A stretch of DNA of 62,396 nt, the filler included. It is 14 parts of 14 records of this genome, joined end to end, with 100 filler letters (N's around TTAATTAATTAA, not from the genome) between each part and the next. Parts side by side here need not be neighbours in the genome. Positions count along the whole stretch, not along the records: positions 58,029 to 62,396 come from SRR7504441_11898; 13 more parts are not named here. One strand, given 5' to 3'. Each line of letters starts with the position of its first letter. Within the stretch, counting starts at the first letter, position 1. This document shows, piece after piece, positions 58,144 to 62,396 of the stretch. The notes under the pieces were generated by a model. The model was not told where the DNA came from and made no database searches. It saw only the letters and a program-made list of their open reading frames with translations. The translations under genes and the position numbers were made by a program.

Positions 58144-60125
58144 TCATTGGTTGGCCGCCAGCGACTGGGACACTAGCTTGACGAACTTCGCAAAATCCAA
58201 CCGGCCACCCCCCGCACCCTGCCCAAAGCTCAGCGACAGGCCACCCGCTGCACACCTCGATGAACAGCGTGACCTTCGTGGACAGATCCAGGCTGGCTGC
58301 CTCGCTGTCGCATATCTTGTTGCACAGCCAGAGAACCAGTTGCATCGTCTCGTCTTCATTCTCCAGCTCGCCCCCCTCCAAGCTGCCTCCGCAGACATCG
58401 CAAAACTCCCGCGGCAACTCCGAAGCCGCAAGCTCCGCAAACCTGCACTCTGATCGGGCCGGCCCCGGACGCCGGGCGCACCGGACGGCCAGTTCGAAGT
58501 CGGCCACCCGCTGCCGGTACTTGCTCACATGCTCCTCGAGCCCGGCTCGCTCCTCGGTAGCCGCCTTCGTCTGTTCAAGCATCGCCTCCCTATCCTCGGA
58601 TGCTTTAGCGAGCACCTCCATCAGCTCCTGAGTCACATCAGTCCCGCCGTCCGCTGGGCCGGCCGTCGCGCTGCCAGTGCCCGCATAGCGCCACGCTGCT
58701 TTGACCAGCGTCAGTTGCTGCTCAACAGCCTTGGCCTCCTTCCGCAGCCGCTGCGCCTCCTTGCTGCCGGCCGGCTTGGGCTCATCGACCTCGCCTTTGA
58801 TTCCTTTTTCGATCAGCTGCAGGCTGTGCATTTGAGCCTGGCTGTCTGCCTCGTCCAGCAACACCCCAGCAGCATCCACTAGAGGCTCTCCGTTCCCGAG
58901 CCAGTGGCTGTGCAGGTGAGTCGGGGCCTGCGCCCCGCCCTCGAGCCGTTTCTTCTCCTTAGCCGCGTTGAACGCCTCCAGTTCTAAATCTATCTGGTAC
59001 CTGCCCGCCAATCACCGACCAACTGAGCCGCCCGCACCTGAGCCGAGTGATCGACTCGCGCAGCACGGCCACCTGCTCGTCCTCCTGGTGCATTGCGTGC
59101 ACCATCGCCGGCCCAGTCCGCAACGAACTAAGCTCAAGGTCACGTAAGCTCTGTCGGATGGCTGCCAGCCCGCTGTTGCCTTCCAGGCTCATTTGGTCGA
59201 GCATGTTGCGCGCGTCCTTGGTCTGCTTGCCCACCGCCGCGATCTTGGACCCGAACGCCCCGAGCAGCCCTTTGGTATCGTCGAACTGCGCCTGCAGATG
59301 CTCGCGGTTCTCCCTCGCGCTCTCCATAGCTTCCCCCATCTGCTTGTCGACATTCTGCCCCACCGCTCGGCACAGCCCGGCCGGGGGCTGCACCTCAAGC
59401 AGATTCTGGGTCGAAAACTCTATCTGCGAGCTCGAAGCCGCCTGCCGCGCACAGTGAGCCGACCTGCCACTGAGGCGTGTACCTCCATTTGAGCAATTTC
59501 AGCACGCATGCCGGCCACCAGCTCCTGCAGCTTCTGCACCCACCCGATCAGCCCGCCCCGCCCCCGGACGCGCCTCGGCCCGCTGGCCTAGTTCGGACTT
59601 TGCCTGTCGATCTCTTATCTGTTGCTCGTTGACCAGATCATCTTCGAGCAACTCCCGGGCCTCCGCCGCGGAATCGGCCACCTGCTCCAGGCTCGGACAG
59701 CCACCCAGGCCGGCGCGGCTGCCTTGTTCAGCTCGCTCTGCAGACTGGCTACCTCGGTGTTGACGTTTTCGCTGCCGGGCGGTGAGCGGTCGGCCGGGCG
59801 CGCAGGCCGCACCCTAGCGTGTTCAGGCCCTGGCCGAGCATGGCCATCTGGTTGCCGATCTCCTCCCACAGCGCCCCGGCCTGCAGGTCCTGCACGATCT
59901 GGTTGTTGGCCATCCGCCGCTTCCCCTCCTCGTTCTGGCCGGGCGTCGGGCGCCGGCTCGCTCGGGTGCCCACCTTGTATTGGTCGAGTAGCACTTCCAG
60001 CTCGCGAAGCCGCTTGTGCGTGGCGCTCCTCCCGTCGTCCGTCGGGAGCAGCTGCCCCGGCCTGAGCCGCCCCCCCGGCCCCAGCCCGCCCGCACCATAG
60101 TGGACGGCGTACTCGCAGCGGCCAT
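58144..60125 (-). CDS. Coiled-coil protein with a degenerate EF-hand-like C-terminus, about 10 introns (two GC-AG)
   Basis: A continuous frame MAAASTPSTM|LLPTDDG...LDFAKFVKLVSQSLAANQ* results after removing introns of 37-44 nt, including 59682-59722 and 59534-59573. Confidence 0.65.
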
Positions 60126-60193
60126 CTTGCACAAACTGACAACGGATCCTCGAGGGCTCGAGCGGGCGCCCAAAGGCAGCACCAGGTTGGACG

Positions 60194-61300
60194 ATGGCAG
60201 ACCCTGTGGTCAGCGCCATGGCCGCCGGCTTGGCACCATCGGCGCCGCCGGCCGCCAGGCGCCCGGGCAGCCGGTTCTCCGCCGAGCCTCCGCCGGCGCC
60301 CGCGCAGCCCCAGGCGCCGGCACCGGCAGCGAATCCGGCTCGGCCTGGGGACTGGATTTGTTCCCAGTGCAACAATGACAACTTCGCCTGGCGGCACGAG
60401 TGCAACCGGTGCAAGGCCCCGCGAGTGAGCGCGACCGCCAGCGTGACCGGCGGCGCGGCCGCTCCGCCGGCATCCGGGATGCGGCCCGGGGACTGGCTGT
60501 GCGCTTCGTGCGGCAATGACAACTTCGCCTGGAGACAGGAGTGCAACCGGTGCCGGGTGCCGCGGCCAGTGCCGCAAGCTCCGGCCGGCTACGGCGCCCC
60601 GGCAGGAATGGGTTGGCCGATGGCGCCCATGGCGGTTCCGATGATGCCACCAGCCATGGCGCCCCCGGCCATCGCGCCGCCAGGCACCCAGGAGCTGCCG
60701 CCACCGCCGCCGGGGACAGACGCGCCACCGCCGGGGGACAGCGGGGCGCAGCCAGCAGCTGCTGGGCAGCAGGCGGCTTGGGCGGGTGGCGCCAACCCTT
60801 ATTCTATGGCGTATGCGCAGCAGTACAGCCAGTATGTTAGCCAATACGCGGCTATGGGGGCCGCCATGGGGGCCGCCATGGGCTACGCGGCGTATCCGCC
60901 GGCCGGGTACCCGGCGCCGCACGGGGGCAAGGGTCCTATCCCGGCTCAGGGCGGCTTCTACGCAGAGGACTGGCTGTGTGCTCAGTGTGGGAATGACAAT
61001 TTTGCCCGGCGGACCCAGTGCAACAAGTGCGGGGCCCCGAAGGAGGCCGGCGCGGTGGCCTGCAGCGCCACTCCCGGGGCGGGCGCCAACAAGGAAGCGT
61101 ACCCCAGCGACTGGCTGTGCAGTTACTGCGGAAATGACAACTTTGCTCGACGGACCGCGTGCAACAGGTGCAAGCAGCCGCGGCAGGTGGCCTACGGCGG
61201 CGCCATTGCCCCAACCAACCAAGGGCCGCCTCCACCCGCGGACGGAGGGAAGGCCCCTAGTGCAAGTGGTCGGTCTAGCCGAGCTTATCAGCCGTACTAG
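60194..61300 (+). CDS. RNA-binding protein with four RanBP2-type zinc fingers
   Basis: Four copies of DWxCxxCxNDNFAxRxxCNxCxxP with P/A/G/Y-rich linkers. Confidence 0.92.
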   Translation: MADPVVSAMAAGLAPSAPPAARRPGSRFSAEPPPAPAQPQAPAPAANPARPGDWICSQCNNDNFAWRHECNRCKAPRVSATASVTGGAAAPPASGMRPGDWLCASCGNDNFAWRQECNRCRVPRPVPQAPAGYGAPAGMGWPMAPMAVPMMPPAMAPPAIAPPGTQELPPPPPGTDAPPPGDSGAQPAAAGQQAAWAGGANPYSMAYAQQYSQYVSQYAAMGAAMGAAMGYAAYPPAGYPAPHGGKGPIPAQGGFYAEDWLCAQCGNDNFARRTQCNKCGAPKEAGAVACSATPGAGANKEAYPSDWLCSYCGNDNFARRTACNRCKQPRQVAYGGAIAPTNQGPPPPADGGKAPSASGRSSRAYQPY

Positions 61301-61641
61301 CAGTACTAGTGGCCAGCAGGGATGGCGGGCAAGTGGGGTCGGTGAGGGCGGGCGGGAGTGTTTGTGGTGGGCTAGCAATAGTTGTTAGGAGACTGCGCGT
61401 GAAGCAATGCTAATGGAAAGAGACCCTCGGCTCTTTAGAGGTGCGAGGTGGTTGTAAAAAGTGGTTGGAATAAAACTATTGCGGCCTGCCTTGGCGCGTG
61501 TACAAACACGATATCTAGACAGAGCTCTCTACTTCACACTATATAAGTATTAATCTAAGTATGTAGGCTTGCGATCTCTAACATGAAAAACAAGAGCAAG
61601 ACTTTAATTAATCAATCTTGGTGCGTATGCTAGTAACTGAT

Positions 61642-62396
61642 TCATGTACCCGCCGCCCCGTCCCCGCCGCCCAGCATCCTTAGCACGTCCGCCGGCAGCT
61701 CCAGCAGCCGCTCGGTCACCTGAATCAGAGCCAACTCGGGAGCATCAAACAGCGCCCCGAACACGCACGTACCCACCGCCCTCGCGTCCATCCTATTCTC
61801 CGCCGCCACAACCCGCTGCCAGTGCCCAACTAGATCGGCCAACATTCCGCACGCCGCCGGACTCAACCGGCGCATCAGCCCCGCCGCGAGCTCGCTAGAG
61901 TCGCCAGCCCGGTGCGCGGCGAGCGCCGCCGACCGTGCTTCCCCGCCGACCAGCCGGCCTGGAATGTCCATCAGTAACCGCACCGCCAGCTGCGCCAGCG
62001 TGTGCGGGTCCTCGACCTCATCGAGCGCCGACTGGCCCACCGCCTTGACCCGCGAGATCGCCTGATCGAGCCCGGCCTTGGAGCCAGCCACCCGCCATAG
62101 CCCCTCAGCCCGCAGGTGCCGGTCATCGAGCAGCCCGATCAGCCGGCGGACGAAAGCTCGGACCACGGGCTGCTCGGGCGACACCCCGAACACCGGCTGC
62201 GGGTCCACCCCCATGCCAAGCCGGACAAAGGCCGCGAAGGACACCGGCGCCGCCCCCAGTGCCTGCGCGAAGGCCTCCACTTCGGCCGGGGTCGGGGACC
62301 GGGCCAGGAGCACCGACAGCAGGTCTGGCAGCCCAGTGGGTGGCAGCAGGCCGTCCGGGCCGGCCTGGGCCTCGAAGGCTTGGCGGATCACGCCCA
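61642..62396 (-). CDS. RhoGAP domain protein, 5'-truncated
   Basis: Arginine-finger motif LRAEGLWRVAG, DPHTLA and NRMDARAVGTCVF, preceded by an EF-hand-like helix pair. Confidence 0.8.
   Translation of the reverse strand, partial: GVIRQAFEAQAGPDGLLPPTGLPDLLSVLLARSPTPAEVEAFAQALGAAPVSFAAFVRLGMGVDPQPVFGVSPEQPVVRAFVRRLIGLLDDRHLRAEGLWRVAGSKAGLDQAISRVKAVGQSALDEVEDPHTLAQLAVRLLMDIPGRLVGGEARSAALAAHRAGDSSELAAGLMRRLSPAACGMLADLVGHWQRVVAAENRMDARAVGTCVFGALFDAPELALIQVTERLLELPADVLRMLGGGDGAAGT

Noticed and set aside
59615-61378. Long antisense or alternative-frame ORFs (587 aa here; also 55243-56394, 10775-11719, 48763-49668)
   Set aside because: These are shadow ORFs of GC-rich coding sequence, R/P/A/G-rich with no motifs, and each overlaps a well-supported gene.
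1-62396. Prokaryotic, viral or dinoflagellate origin
   Set aside because: Spliceosomal introns and eukaryote-specific genes (NRDE2, BEACH, RGS, RhoGAP) exclude prokaryotes and viruses. Alternating gene orientation argues against dinoflagellate-style unidirectional arrays. No marker gene here allows a positive taxonomic call.

Overview
This is not one locus. It is 14 short contigs (about 3-7.5 kb) joined by artificial 100-nt spacers (44 N + TTAATTAATTAA + 44 N), so adjacency across spacers means nothing. The DNA is nuclear DNA of a GC-rich, very gene-dense microbial eukaryote, probably a heterotrophic protist MAG or SAG; the lineage cannot be assigned from this window. Many genes are split by tiny spliceosomal introns (mostly 35-47 nt), so the ORF track fragments or mistranslates them, and I rebuilt the gene models by hand. 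Recognisable products include NRDE2, HemK/PrmC, a sarcosine-oxidase-like flavoprotein, MFS/TPT/NIPA/ABCG transporters, a BEACH-family N-terminus, a telobox Myb protein, a class-3 lipase, a strictosidine-synthase-like protein, a trypsin-like protease, a PHB depolymerase, and HMG-box, RanBP2-ZnF and RhoGAP proteins. Four signals stand out. (1) 21 of 24 neighbouring gene pairs lie on opposite strands, and 9 of 11 short divergent spacers carry a Myb/MSA-like YAACGG motif, three as a composite TAACTCC..GGA.TAACGG element. (2) Splice signals are unusual: CTGAG-type branch sites, G-rich 3' ends without a polypyrimidine tract, and several GC-AG introns. (3) Several domain architectures are odd: a signal-peptide TPR-OGT lacking its N-catalytic lobe, UIM/UBA-START, RGS-START, and NRDE2 with a B-box insert. 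(4) A double palindrome abuts a stop codon. No rRNA, tRNA, CRISPR array or transposase was recognised.
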